A stretch of 64,000 nucleotides of DNA, taken from NCBI GenBank assembly GCA_035623825.1, contig DASPSR010000042.1, forward strand, positions 36,883 to 100,882, written 5' to 3'. Positions 38,003 through 48,073 of this stretch are shown here, one piece after another. A model generated the notes under the pieces. That model had not been told where the DNA came from and ran no database searches. It worked only from the letters and a program-made list of their open reading frames with translations. Made by a program: the position numbers and the translations under genes. Source of the DNA: Nitrospirota bacterium (lineage in GTDB: Bacteria > Nitrospirota > UBA9217). The number at the start of each line of letters is the position of its first letter. Position 1 is the stretch's first letter.

Positions 38003-40879
38003 TTATAATACCACTCCTTTGTCGTTGTATTTCACAGGGATGGGCAGTTCGACGAGAACCCGGGTGCCGGAGTCTGAGAGTATAGTTATCTTTCCACCTA
38101 GTTCCTCAGCCCTGGTCCGCATATTGGACAATCCCCTGCCGCTCTTAATTTGTCCCAACCCAACGCCATCGTCTTCGATGGAAAGCAAAAGTTTCCCCGT
38201 CCCGATCTGAAGGTTTGCGTTAACGGTCCTCGCCCGCGAATGCTTTATGACATTTGTCAGCGCTTCCTTGTAAATCTTGAATAGATTCACCCAGAGAAGG
38301 CTGCCGGGCGGCTCAAGCGTCTCATCGAAGGAAGTTTTCAGGTCAAAGGCGATCGCGTGGGGTTCGACCATATTGGTGCCCTGATTCCGGAGCTCTGCCG
38401 TTAAAGTCCGCCAGTTGAGGTCTGTGTAGTCAAGGCTGTGCATGAAGCCCCGAATCTCCGATATACCCTCTTTGGAAAGCCTGGATATGACGGACACGGT
38501 ATTCTTGATTTCAGGGAGGGATGGCGCCTTTTGTGCGAGTTCGGCGAGAATGCTGATGTTGGTCGTTATGCCTCCGATGCCGTCATGGAGGTCCATGAGG
38601 ATTTTCTCTTTTTCTATCCGGAAGCGCTTCTCTTCTTCAATTCTTTTCTGATACTGCTTGACACTCTCTTCGTAAAAATTCTCCTTTTCTTCCTCCGCCT
38701 GTTTGCGTGCGGTAATATCGAAGAGCGTAGCGATGATCGCAGGCTCTCCTTGATACTCGATGATTCCCGCGGTAAGATTGACCCAGCGCTGCCCGCCATT
38801 TTTCATAGTAATCTTAAACTCATATTCTTGCGGAACACTTAAACCCATCAGACGCTTTCGTCCGCGTTCACGCGCCATCTCCCGATATTCAGAATGAACG
38901 AAGCTCCAGAAATCCATGGAAAGAAGTTCATCCTGCCTGTAGCCAGTCAGCTGTTCTCCGGCAGTGTTGGCATATAGGAACTTTCCTCCCCGGTGAATGA
39001 ATATCCCGGCGGTCGTCGTCTCAGCAAGTGTGCGGAATTTTGCCTCGCTCTCCTTCAGGGAGCGCGTGGCCTTTTCGAGTTCCTTAAAAAGACGATCCGT
39101 CTCTTCTTCCGCCTTTTTTCGAGCGGAGATATCAACGAGCGTTCCTATGACGGCAGATCTTCCCTCATACTCCGTGAGCCCGGCGGTCATGAGCACCCAT
39201 CGCTCCTTGCCGTCTTTTCTGACGATCTTGAACTCATACTGGATCGGAGGCTGACCGCTACTCAGGCGCTCTCGGTCCCGCGCCTGAATAGTGTCCAGAT
39301 AATCGGGATGGGCGATGCTCAAGAAATCCATGGCCAGGTATTCATCAATCGTGTATCCACCTATGATCTCGGCAGCATGATTGGCGTAAAGGAATTTCCC
39401 CCCCTGGTGGATGAATATGGCGATGGATGCGGTATCAGCCAAGGCTCGGAATTTCGATTCGCTCTCCAGAAAGGAAGCTTTCGACTGTCTGGCCTCTTCG
39501 TAGAGTCGAGCGTTCTGAATCGCTATTGCAGCGTGCGCAGCAAGCAATTCAAGAAGGTCGATATCGCTCGAAAAATAAGCCTCTCCATTGCCTTTCTGGC
39601 CCAGTACGATATACCCCTCGTTAACTCCCTTATAAATCAGTGGAATGATAAGATCAACGTTAATTTTCTTCATATATTCACTCGTCACCAGGCTGCCGTC
39701 GTCAAGGGATGCGCTTTCAAGCTCTTCCCTCACGACAACCCGTCCGTACCGCCGAAGCCAGTCGACAGAGGCGTTGCTGAGGCAATACTCACTCTCTTGA
39801 GGAGCACCCTCTGCGTATTGCAATGAAAATTTTCCTCCCTTATCCTTCAGAAAAAAATAAATGTTTTTCACCCCTAGGCCGTTTTTCATGCTGGCGATGA
39901 TGTAGTTCAATAATTCGGCAAGATCTAGTATGGTAATAATCGCCTTGATTGACTCCTTGAGTATGCCTTGATAATTGTGCCTGTCCTTCTCGATGAACTG
40001 TTGAATACGCCACTGCACTTTCCTGCTGAGGTGGGTCCCAAAGAAAACCGTTCCGATGAGGGAAAGCGATATCAATATGGCAGGCGACTCTCCCACGGCC
40101 GGTTCGATAAGTTTGAACAACCCCAAGCACAGGGCGGACAAGAGAAACGACAGGATCACGATCATGAGCGCGCGGGATATGATGATCGATATATCAAACA
40201 GCTGGTAGCGGGTTATAGCGTAAAAGGTAAGGACCACCCAGGGCAGACTGAAATATGAGCCCAGGCTCGGGTCGAATCCGAAGCCGCCGAACAGGGGGAA
40301 GAACCCTGTAGCCAATCCTCCACCTGCGGCGTAAACGGCAAGACCCACGAGGAAGTAGTTGATCTGCGTCCTTTTTAATCCAATGCTTTGTCTTTTTACC
40401 ATGTAAAGTCCATAGATAATCCAGACAAGTGACACGCCCCCAACCAAGCGGGCCGGGAGCTCTAGTGGTCCTCCTTTGCGGTCAATATACGGCAGCAGGG
40501 AATAAACTCCAGTCTCTAAGAGGTTGGTAAAGAAACAGAGAATATAGATAATTGTCCAGAAAGCATACTGACCGAAGACGACTCTTCGAGCGGCACGGCT
40601 GTTATCACCCTTCATATGGAAGAGAATCTGAAATCCTGAGGCAACGTTGAACCATCCGATCCAGCAGGCGCGGTAGAAGATGTCATAATCAAGGCCCAGA
40701 GAGGCCCGGACATAAACGATGCCCGCGAACAGGCAATAGGAGGCGGCAAAGAAGGCGAAGACGGCAGTGATTTTATGAAGGGATGAAACCGATTTTTTCC
40801 TGAGCAGTATAAGGATCAAAAGATATTCGATCGCTGAAATGAACAATAATGGATATCCAATTAGTTCAAACTTGTTCAT
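38003..40879 (-). CDS. Multi-TM sensor histidine kinase (TM block, GAF, 2 PAS, HisKA_3, HATPase)
   Basis: Many N-terminal TM helices; LAAHAAIAIQNARLY (GAF); two PAS repeats; DLHDGIGG; EALTNVIKHS; DDGVG; GRGLSNM. Confidence 0.93.
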   Translation of the reverse strand: MNKFELIGYPLLFISAIEYLLILILLRKKSVSSLHKITAVFAFFAASYCLFAGIVYVRASLGLDYDIFYRACWIGWFNVASGFQILFHMKGDNSRAARRVVFGQYAFWTIIYILCFFTNLLETGVYSLLPYIDRKGGPLELPARLVGGVSLVWIIYGLYMVKRQSIGLKRTQINYFLVGLAVYAAGGGLATGFFPLFGGFGFDPSLGSYFSLPWVVLTFYAITRYQLFDISIIISRALMIVILSFLLSALCLGLFKLIEPAVGESPAILISLSLIGTVFFGTHLSRKVQWRIQQFIEKDRHNYQGILKESIKAIITILDLAELLNYIIASMKNGLGVKNIYFFLKDKGGKFSLQYAEGAPQESEYCLSNASVDWLRRYGRVVVREELESASLDDGSLVTSEYMKKINVDLIIPLIYKGVNEGYIVLGQKGNGEAYFSSDIDLLELLAAHAAIAIQNARLYEEARQSKASFLESESKFRALADTASIAIFIHQGGKFLYANHAAEIIGGYTIDEYLAMDFLSIAHPDYLDTIQARDRERLSSGQPPIQYEFKIVRKDGKERWVLMTAGLTEYEGRSAVIGTLVDISARKKAEEETDRLFKELEKATRSLKESEAKFRTLAETTTAGIFIHRGGKFLYANTAGEQLTGYRQDELLSMDFWSFVHSEYREMARERGRKRLMGLSVPQEYEFKITMKNGGQRWVNLTAGIIEYQGEPAIIATLFDITARKQAEEEKENFYEESVKQYQKRIEEEKRFRIEKEKILMDLHDGIGGITTNISILAELAQKAPSLPEIKNTVSVISRLSKEGISEIRGFMHSLDYTDLNWRTLTAELRNQGTNMVEPHAIAFDLKTSFDETLEPPGSLLWVNLFKIYKEALTNVIKHSRARTVNANLQIGTGKLLLSIEDDGVGLGQIKSGRGLSNMRTRAEELGGKITILSDSGTRVLVELPIPVKYNDKGVVL

Positions 40880-41110
40880 TTCCTACCTCCCGGGTGGTTC
40901 GATTGTTTCGCACAAGGAACCTGACAATGATGCAAAATAAAGCTTGATGTTTCCGAAACGTCCTTTCCCCGAAAACGGTTACCTGCTCTCCTGTTCGGAA
41001 TAAATAAAATCAAAGGAGTAGTAAGTTATTGAATGCCATTTTATGACAAAAAGCATAAATATAACCTGTTCGCAGCGATCAGGATGATGGCTATGACTGC
41101 GCATAAAAGC

Positions 41111-41139
41111 ATTGTAGGTATGCAAATCCCCGGAGTCAA
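41111..41139 (-). promoter_or_regulatory. Sigma70 promoter for the kinase/regulator pair
   Basis: TTGACT-17 nt-TACAAT. Confidence 0.55.
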
Positions 41140-41169
41140 GCAAATATTCACTCGGAGCAATCATATTGT

Positions 41170-41198
41170 TTGACAGGGAGTCGTATCGGCGATAGAAT
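41170..41198 (+). promoter_or_regulatory. Sigma70 promoter for usp
   Basis: TTGACA-17 nt-TAGAAT. Confidence 0.65.
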
Positions 41199-41234
41199 TA
41201 GTCCAAGAAATCATAGCCGTCACGGGAGGCAGAT

Positions 41235-41696
41235 ATGCAGATTAAGACCATTCTCTTTCCTACCGACTTTTCGCAGGGTGCACGCGCTGCCATGGATCAT
41301 GCTATCTCTCTAGCGCGCGACTACAATGCCCGGCTCATCCTCCTCTACGTCATCCAGGACATCAGTATCGCCGAGTGGTACATCCCTTCGTCCCTTTCCG
41401 TGGCCGATCTGGTCGAGGACATGCAGAAGAGCGCATGGAAAGAGATGGACAAATGGGCCGAAGAGGTCTCGACCAAGGTGAAGGATGTTGAGAAGATGGT
41501 TGTACGCGGTGTGCCTTTTGCGGAGATCATCAAGACGGCAAGAGACAAGAAAGCAGACATGATCGTCATCGGCACTCACGGCAGAACCGGAATTGACCAC
41601 ATGCTGTTCGGCAGCACTGCAGAGAAAGTGGTGCGGAAGGCGGCGTGCCCGGTGCTCACAGTGCGCATCGCTGGGAAGGAATTCACTATGCCGTAA
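41235..41696 (+). CDS. Universal stress protein (UspA family)
   Basis: ILFPTDFS, DMIVIGTHGRTG..HMLFGSTAEKVVRKAACPVLTV. Confidence 0.95.
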   Translation: MQIKTILFPTDFSQGARAAMDHAISLARDYNARLILLYVIQDISIAEWYIPSSLSVADLVEDMQKSAWKEMDKWAEEVSTKVKDVEKMVVRGVPFAEIIKTARDKKADMIVIGTHGRTGIDHMLFGSTAEKVVRKAACPVLTVRIAGKEFTMP

Positions 41697-41824
41697 TGAA
41701 GATCAACCGGCTCCGAGATCCCGAATATCAGATAAGCATGAATATCAACCTGCGAATATCTGAACGGACTGATTTGCTTTGCGGCGATTGGATTTTGATG
41801 TTGGGTTTGGCGCTTACGGAAAAC

Positions 41825-41861
41825 GAAACGGGCCTGCAAAATCGCAAGCCCGTTTTCTTTT
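41825..41861. terminator. Probable bidirectional terminator between usp and bfr
   Basis: AAACGGGC...GCCCGTTT stem flanked by A/T tracts between convergent genes. Confidence 0.6.
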
Positions 41862-41880
41862 CATATGGATACGATATAGT

Positions 41881-42306
41881 CTACTGTCCGAGAAGCGTTG
41901 TGAACGTATCGTGGTGAGCCTCTTCCTGTGAGAGTATTTCTTCAAACAGGAGGCGGGTTGTATCATCATTTTCGGAAGTCGCCTGCTTGATGATGTCTTT
42001 ATAGAGCGTGATCGCCTCTTCCTCGGCTTTTGTGTCGGCCTTCAACATCTGCGCGGGGTCTCCGCCTACGGCAATGGGGTTCGGCTTGATTGTAGGATTC
42101 ACGTCGAAATAGAAGAGGCGCTCCGCGATCTTTTCGGCGTGCTTCATTTCGTCCATGGCGACCTTTTCGAATACGGTCGACAAGGATTCGGCGTTCATAC
42201 CTTTCACCATGACATGGTGCCACATATACTGGACGATTGCCTGGAGCTCTCCGGCTATCGCCTGATTCATCATCTCCGTCAGCTTTGGACTCGCCTTCTG
42301 TACCAT
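41881..42306 (-). CDS. Bacterioferritin-like ferritin-superfamily protein
   Basis: Ferroxidase ligands GELQAIVQY, DEMKHAE (heme Met position), EEEAI..Y, EEAH. Confidence 0.85.
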   Translation of the reverse strand: MVQKASPKLTEMMNQAIAGELQAIVQYMWHHVMVKGMNAESLSTVFEKVAMDEMKHAEKIAERLFYFDVNPTIKPNPIAVGGDPAQMLKADTKAEEEAITLYKDIIKQATSENDDTTRLLFEEILSQEEAHHDTFTTLLGQ

Positions 42307-42400
42307 CGTGTTCCTCCTTCGCTATCATAAATGTTCTGTTTTTATTCTAAACTATAGCATAGAAAGCCGGACTTTACAATGAGGCGTCGTCAAATTCTTA

Positions 42401-42429
42401 TTGCCTTGCAGAGGCTCTTGCACTATAAT
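42401..42429 (+). promoter_or_regulatory. Sigma70 promoter for aconitase
   Basis: TTGCCT-17 nt-TATAAT; implies the start is ATG 42469. Confidence 0.6.
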
Positions 42430-42468
42430 GTCGCGGACATCCGACCACCTGAAGGAGCGCCAAAGAGC

Positions 42469-44409
42469 ATGGGGAAAAATCTCGTCTACAAAATCTTGGA
42501 ATCCCACCTGGTCGAGGGCGGACTTGAGCCCGGTTCCGAGATCGCGATCAAGATCGACCAGACCCTGACGCAAGACGCTACCGGCACCATGGCTTATCTC
42601 CAGTTTGAAGCCATGGGTGTGCCAAGGGTGAAAACGGAGCTTTCCGTGAGCTACGTGGACCATAACACGCTCCAGGATGGGTTCGAAAATGCCGATGACC
42701 ACCGTTATCTTCAAACGGTGGCATCGAAATATGGCATCTATTATTCAAAAGCAGGGAACGGCATCTGCCACCAAGTCCATCTCGAACGGTTTGGCAAGCC
42801 GGGCAGAACGCTTCTCGGCTCTGACTCTCACACGCCGACGGGGGGTGGCATCGGCATGATCGCTATCGGTGCGGGTGGACTCGATGTCGCCGTGGCCATG
42901 GGCGGCGGACCATTCTACCTCACGTGCCCCAAGGTGGCAAAGGTGAACCTCGTCGGAAGACTTCACCCCTGGGTCTCAACCAAGGACGTCATCCTCTCGA
43001 TCCTCGCGACGATGACGACCAAAGGGAACGTGGGCACGGTGATCGAATACGGCGGTGAAGGGGTTGCGACGCTCTCTGTGCCAGAGCGCGCTACGATCAC
43101 GAACATGGGCGCCGAACTTGGCGTTACCACCTCGATCTTTCCTAGCGACGATATCACGCGCGCGTTCCTCAAGGCGCAGAAGCGGGAATCGGAATGGACC
43201 GCTCTATCAGCTGATGCCGATGCAAAATATGATAAGGTGCTCGAAGTCGATCTCGGTAATATCGAACCGCTTATGGCCAAACCGCACTCGCCGGACAACA
43301 TCGGCACGGCCAAGGAGCTCGCGGGCATCAAGATTGACCAGGTCCTTGTCGGTTCCTGCACCAATTCATCATATCGAGACCTGATGGTTGTGGCAGCCAT
43401 GCTGAAGGGCAGGCGGGTACATCCGGATGTAAGCTTCGGGGTGGCTCCCGGCTCGCGCCAGGTACTTGAGATGATCGCAAAGAACGGTGCGCTTGCTGAT
43501 ATCATTACTGCGGGGGCCCGGTTGCTTGAATCGACCTGCGGGTTCTGTATCGGCGCAGGCCAAGCGCCGAAAACCGATGCTGTGTCCGTCCGCACAAGCA
43601 ACCGGAACTTCGAGGGCCGCTCCGGCACAAAGGGCGCAAAGGTCTATCTTGCAAGCCCCGAGTCCGCCGTCGCCGCAGCGCTCACCGGCAAGATCAGTGA
43701 CCCGCGCGACCTCGGCATTCCCTATCCACAGATAGATCTTCCGTCGGAATTCTGGATCGACGACTCCATGGTCATATCCCCGTCTAAGGACCCTTCGTCT
43801 GTGAAAGTATACCGAGGTCCGAACATCGGCGATCCGCCTGCTGCGGTGCCGTTGCCCGAGACCGTGAGGGGCGTTGTTGTGATCAAGGTCGGCGACAAGA
43901 CGACGACCGACCACATCATGCCTGCAGGATCCCGGCTTAAATACCGTTCGAACATTCCGAAATATGCGGAGTTCGTGTTTGAAGGTCTTGACGCGGCTTT
44001 CTCGAAAAAAGCGCTGGAGAACAAAAAGGCAGGAGTGCATAATGTGGTGATTGCCGGCGCGAGCTACGGCCAGGGCTCTAGCCGCGAACATGCCGCCATC
44101 TGTCCAATGTATCTGGGCGTCAAGACCGTGATCGCCAAGTCTTTCGAACGAATCCATGCGGCCAACCTCATCAACTTCGGCATACTGCCTCTCACCTTTG
44201 CGAACGAGGCGGATTATGATGCGATTGGCGTCAATGACAAGATTGAGATCGGCGGAATCAGAGAGGCCCTCATGACAGACACAGACTTGACGCTCAAGAA
44301 CGTGACAAGAGGAAAGACCGCCACGCTCAGGTATTCGCTCAGTGTACGGCAACGGGACATTCTGCTCGCCGGCGGCATGCTCAACTACACAAGAGCGCGA
44401 TCGAAATAG
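42469..44409 (+). CDS. Aconitate hydratase
   Basis: TQDATGTMA, DHN, GICHQ, GSDSHT, GSCTNSSY, CGFCIGAG, TTDHI, YGQGSSREHAA. Confidence 0.95.
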   Translation: MGKNLVYKILESHLVEGGLEPGSEIAIKIDQTLTQDATGTMAYLQFEAMGVPRVKTELSVSYVDHNTLQDGFENADDHRYLQTVASKYGIYYSKAGNGICHQVHLERFGKPGRTLLGSDSHTPTGGGIGMIAIGAGGLDVAVAMGGGPFYLTCPKVAKVNLVGRLHPWVSTKDVILSILATMTTKGNVGTVIEYGGEGVATLSVPERATITNMGAELGVTTSIFPSDDITRAFLKAQKRESEWTALSADADAKYDKVLEVDLGNIEPLMAKPHSPDNIGTAKELAGIKIDQVLVGSCTNSSYRDLMVVAAMLKGRRVHPDVSFGVAPGSRQVLEMIAKNGALADIITAGARLLESTCGFCIGAGQAPKTDAVSVRTSNRNFEGRSGTKGAKVYLASPESAVAAALTGKISDPRDLGIPYPQIDLPSEFWIDDSMVISPSKDPSSVKVYRGPNIGDPPAAVPLPETVRGVVVIKVGDKTTTDHIMPAGSRLKYRSNIPKYAEFVFEGLDAAFSKKALENKKAGVHNVVIAGASYGQGSSREHAAICPMYLGVKTVIAKSFERIHAANLINFGILPLTFANEADYDAIGVNDKIEIGGIREALMTDTDLTLKNVTRGKTATLRYSLSVRQRDILLAGGMLNYTRARSK

Positions 44410-44557
44410 ATTTGTGAGGCAGAGGGTAATCCGAGAGCAAAGGTCGCTTTTCATTCATCTCCCGCTCACGCGGAGATCCCTGATGAATGGCAGTGCAAGG
44501 CGGGCCCTTTTTTTGTGCCCGTGGATGCCTGCTTTTGAATGGCTGGTCCCGCAAAGA

Positions 44558-45583
44558 TTAAAGCGCCACTTCCCTCAAAAACTTAGCCGCATCTTCGGGC
44601 GGCGTTGGATTTATGTAGAATCCGGATCCCCGCTCAAAACCCGCAACCCTCGTAAGCCTCGGCATGATTTCGAGGTGCCAGTGGAAGTCATCGTTCAGCG
44701 TGTGCCAGTGTCCGCGGCGCGGAACACGGTTCGGCGCAGTGTATAGCATATAATTGTACGGCGGATTGTTTACCACCTTGCCGAGGCGGCGAAGCGTCGA
44801 ACGAAGCGTGCGTGCGAAATCCATGGTTTCTTCTTTCGTAACGTCTACGTACGAGCACAGGTGCTTTTTGGGATAGATCCAGACTTCGAAGGGGAAGCGC
44901 GGTGCGAACGGCACCATGACCAGGAAGTGGCGCGTTTCCTCAACCACTCGCTCGTGACTCGAGAGCTCCTGTCTGATTATATCGCAGAAGATGCAACGCT
45001 CCTTGTAGTCATAGTAGGACTTGGCGCCGTCGAGTTTTTCTTTCACGGACTTGGGGATAATCGGCGTAGCGATGATCTGAGAGTGCGTATGGTTCAGAGC
45101 AGAACCGGCAGTCCAACCTTGGTTTTTGAAGATGAGCACACAGCGAAGACGCTCGTCCCGCTCGAGGTCGAGGATCCTGTCGCGGTATGACCAGAGGACC
45201 TTTTCAACCTGGCTCTCTGGAAGTTCCTCAAGCCGCAGCGCATGCTCAGGGCTCTCTATGATAATTTCGTGAGCGCCGATCCCGTTCATCCAATCGTAGA
45301 TGCCGCTTCCTTCTCTCTCAAGATTTCCCTCGATGTGCAAGACCGGAAACTTGCTCGGGATCACGCGCACCCACCAGCCGCTTGTATTGGCCAGCGTCTT
45401 CTCGGCGCGGAACGACGCAATCTCCGGCGGGGTCTTTGCTTCATTCCCTCCACAGAACGGGCATTCCGCCGGCGTTACATCGTCTTCGGGCTCTTCAAAG
45501 GAATAATCTTCCGGTTTTTTCGGACGCTCAGTGGACACGATGATCCACCGGCCGACGATGGGATCCTTCCGCAGTCGAGACAT
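44558..45583 (-). CDS. galT: GalT-like sugar-1-phosphate nucleotidyltransferase
   Basis: LRKDP..GRWII, CPFC.GNE, GAHEIIIESPEH, HTHSQI, CIFCD, HWHLEI.PR. Confidence 0.88.
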   Translation of the reverse strand: MSRLRKDPIVGRWIIVSTERPKKPEDYSFEEPEDDVTPAECPFCGGNEAKTPPEIASFRAEKTLANTSGWWVRVIPSKFPVLHIEGNLEREGSGIYDWMNGIGAHEIIIESPEHALRLEELPESQVEKVLWSYRDRILDLERDERLRCVLIFKNQGWTAGSALNHTHSQIIATPIIPKSVKEKLDGAKSYYDYKERCIFCDIIRQELSSHERVVEETRHFLVMVPFAPRFPFEVWIYPKKHLCSYVDVTKEETMDFARTLRSTLRRLGKVVNNPPYNYMLYTAPNRVPRRGHWHTLNDDFHWHLEIMPRLTRVAGFERGSGFYINPTPPEDAAKFLREVAL

Positions 45584-45960
45584 CAGTTCCCCAACCTCGC
45601 CTTCTGCTCTGTAAGTACCTTGTGAACGATCCTCTTCAGCTCTTTTATGCGTATGGGCTTATTGATGTATTCTGCGGCACCGAGGCTCATGGCCTTGAGA
45701 TAGCTTTCTACTTCGCCGTACGCAGTGACCATGATCACGTCGGTTTTGGATTCGGTCTTTCGGATCTCCTGGAGAAGTTGGAGACCATCCATGACTGGCA
45801 TCTTAATGTCCGTGATAACAAGGTTGAATGGGGTGTTCTTGAAAAGCGATAGTGCTTCCTCGCCGTTGTTTGCAAGAGTGACTTCGTATCCTTCGTCGGT
45901 CAGTATCGTATTAAAGAGTTCGCGTGCGCCCTCTTCGTCATCCACGACAAGAATCTTCAT
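45583..45960 (-). CDS. Single-domain response regulator
   Basis: ILVVDDE, ITDIKMPVMDG, MVTAYG, INKP; stop overlaps the galT start. Confidence 0.92.
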   Translation of the reverse strand: MKILVVDDEEGARELFNTILTDEGYEVTLANNGEEALSLFKNTPFNLVITDIKMPVMDGLQLLQEIRKTESKTDVIMVTAYGEVESYLKAMSLGAAEYINKPIRIKELKRIVHKVLTEQKARLGN

Positions 45961-46094
45961 CCGCTCTCCCTGAAAAACTCAGTAAACCAAAAATATCATA
46001 AAATCCCTAAGTCGTCAAGGTTGCGCCAGATAACACAATTCTGCGGATTGATGCGGAAGAGGGCCAGCAGACGATTTTATAGCCTGCTGAAATA

Positions 46095-46859
46095 TCAGCG
46101 ATTTAGCTCGTACAGGAGATGCAGGCCTTCGAGGGTCAGATGCGGCCGTATCTCCCGAATTGTTTTCGTCTCCGGCGAAATCAGTTCGGCCAGGCCGCCG
46201 GTTGCTACTACTTTGGCATCGGGGGACAATTCTTTCTTCATCCGTTCCACTATTCCGTCCACCAGGCCCACGTAACCGTAAATGATTCCTGCTTGCATTG
46301 CGCTTATGGTATCGGTACCTATGACTTTCATCGGTTTTGTGAGCTCTACGCGCGGCAGCTTTGATGCCCGCAAGAACAGCGCTTCGGCGGAGATCTTCAC
46401 ACCAGGACAGATGGCGCCGCCCAGGTATTCACCAGTCCCCGTGACCGCGCAGAACGTGGTAGCAGTGCCAAAGTCCACGACGATGAGCGGACCGCCATAG
46501 AGTTTGTAAGCGGCCACTGCGTTCACGATTCTGTCTGCCCCGATCTCCTTAGGGTTGTCGTAACGGATCGCGATGCCCGTCTTGAGCTCGTGCGTCACAA
46601 CCATGGGCTCGATGCGGAAGTACTTCACCGACATCTCGGTCATGACCGGCAGAAGCGGTGGCACCACTGTCGAGATGATGACACCCGTGATCTGCTTGAA
46701 CTCAAGTCCGGCAAAACCGAAGAGGTCTTTGAAGATCATGGCGTACTCGTCCGGAGTGATCTGGGTGTTGGTGCCCACACGCCAATTTTCGACAAGTACC
46801 CCTTTGTCGAAGACACCAAGGACGACGTTCGTATTGCCGATGTCGATGGCTAAAAGCAA
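46095..46859 (-). CDS. coaX: Type III pantothenate kinase
   Basis: LAIDIGNTN, EIGADRIVN, VDFGTATT, VATGGLA, LTLEGL. Confidence 0.96.
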   Translation of the reverse strand: MLLAIDIGNTNVVLGVFDKGVLVENWRVGTNTQITPDEYAMIFKDLFGFAGLEFKQITGVIISTVVPPLLPVMTEMSVKYFRIEPMVVTHELKTGIAIRYDNPKEIGADRIVNAVAAYKLYGGPLIVVDFGTATTFCAVTGTGEYLGGAICPGVKISAEALFLRASKLPRVELTKPMKVIGTDTISAMQAGIIYGYVGLVDGIVERMKKELSPDAKVVATGGLAELISPETKTIREIRPHLTLEGLHLLYELNR

Positions 46860-46969
46860 TGGCCCTCCGAAAAAACACCGGGTTTAAGGAGCTAGGGTCC
46901 GGCAAACGCAACCAAATTTTTTTTTGACGCATCGTGTCGCCTTGACCGTTGATCCATGACCCCTTAATC

Positions 46970-47941
46970 CTATTTTTTCAGCAGACTCACGTCCCCCGCT
47001 GCGACTGTGCGCATGGTTCCATCCGAGATCTCGACTATGAGCCTGCCTTCGTTGTCGATATCCTTTGCGATGCCCTGAAACGTTTCTCCTGTTCCGCTTA
47101 CCGCAACGCTGTTTCCGATGGTCACGTTGAGCACCTTCCACTCGGCAAGCACACCTTTCTCGGCTGCCAAGAACACCTGATACCATGCGTCCAGTTCTCG
47201 CATAAGCTGCCGAAGCAGGGACTGTCTATCGATCTTCCTTCCGCACTCCGCCTCAAGTGTGGTCGCAATCTGCCGGACCTCAGGGGGCAGCTCGTCAATG
47301 TTCATGTTCACGTCAATACCGATACCGAGCACGATATGGCGGATCCGGTCCTGTTCTGCACTCATCTCGGTGAGAAGACCGGATGCCTTTCTGCCGGCGA
47401 TGAGAATATCGTTCGGCCACTTGATGACCGCGTGCACTCCGCACTGTTTCCGGATCGCCGTTGCTGTCGCCACCGCACCCATGAGGGTGATCATCGGTGC
47501 CTTGTTAAGCGGCATTTCCGGCCGCAGGATCACGCTGAGGTAGAGGTTCCCCTTTGGAGAAATCCATTTTCTGCCGACCCTGCCCTTGCCGCCTGTCTGC
47601 GTCTCGGCAATGACTACCGTGCCTTCAAGCGCGCCACGTGATGCCATCTCCATTGCAAGGGTGTTGGTGGACTCTACCTCCCGAAAAAGGTGAATGCTCT
47701 TTCCGATCATCCTTGTCTTGAGCCCTTGGCCGATGTCGCCCTTTCGGAGGATGTCCGGTTCAGAGGTGACCCGGTATCCTCTCGACGGGACAGCCTCGAT
47801 CTCGAACCCTTCTCTCTCAAGCGCCTTAATATGCCGCCACACCATCGTGCGGGAGATTCCGAGCTTCATGGCCAGCTCTTCGCCGGATGCAAAACCGGCC
47901 TTGGACAATCGAAGGTATTTCAGGATCTTGTCTTTGTACAT
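46970..47941 (-). CDS. birA: Bifunctional biotin ligase/repressor BirA
   Basis: HTH SGEELA..LGISRTMVW; STN; QTGGKGRVGR.W.SP; IKWPND. Confidence 0.96.
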   Translation of the reverse strand: MYKDKILKYLRLSKAGFASGEELAMKLGISRTMVWRHIKALEREGFEIEAVPSRGYRVTSEPDILRKGDIGQGLKTRMIGKSIHLFREVESTNTLAMEMASRGALEGTVVIAETQTGGKGRVGRKWISPKGNLYLSVILRPEMPLNKAPMITLMGAVATATAIRKQCGVHAVIKWPNDILIAGRKASGLLTEMSAEQDRIRHIVLGIGIDVNMNIDELPPEVRQIATTLEAECGRKIDRQSLLRQLMRELDAWYQVFLAAEKGVLAEWKVLNVTIGNSVAVSGTGETFQGIAKDIDNEGRLIVEISDGTMRTVAAGDVSLLKK

Positions 47942-48073
47942 TGATCAGCTGCAAGTTCAAGCCTAAGAGCCTAAACTTCAACACAGGTTCTAAACGGCAA
48001 AATAACGTGAGTATCTCTAAATTGCTATCCGGACTTTTATTTTACCTTTGATCTTCGCAATTTGTCATTTCCA

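Noticed and set aside
42379-42468. N-terminal extension of aconitase given by the ORF track
   Set aside because: It overlaps the predicted promoter; homology begins at ATG 42469.
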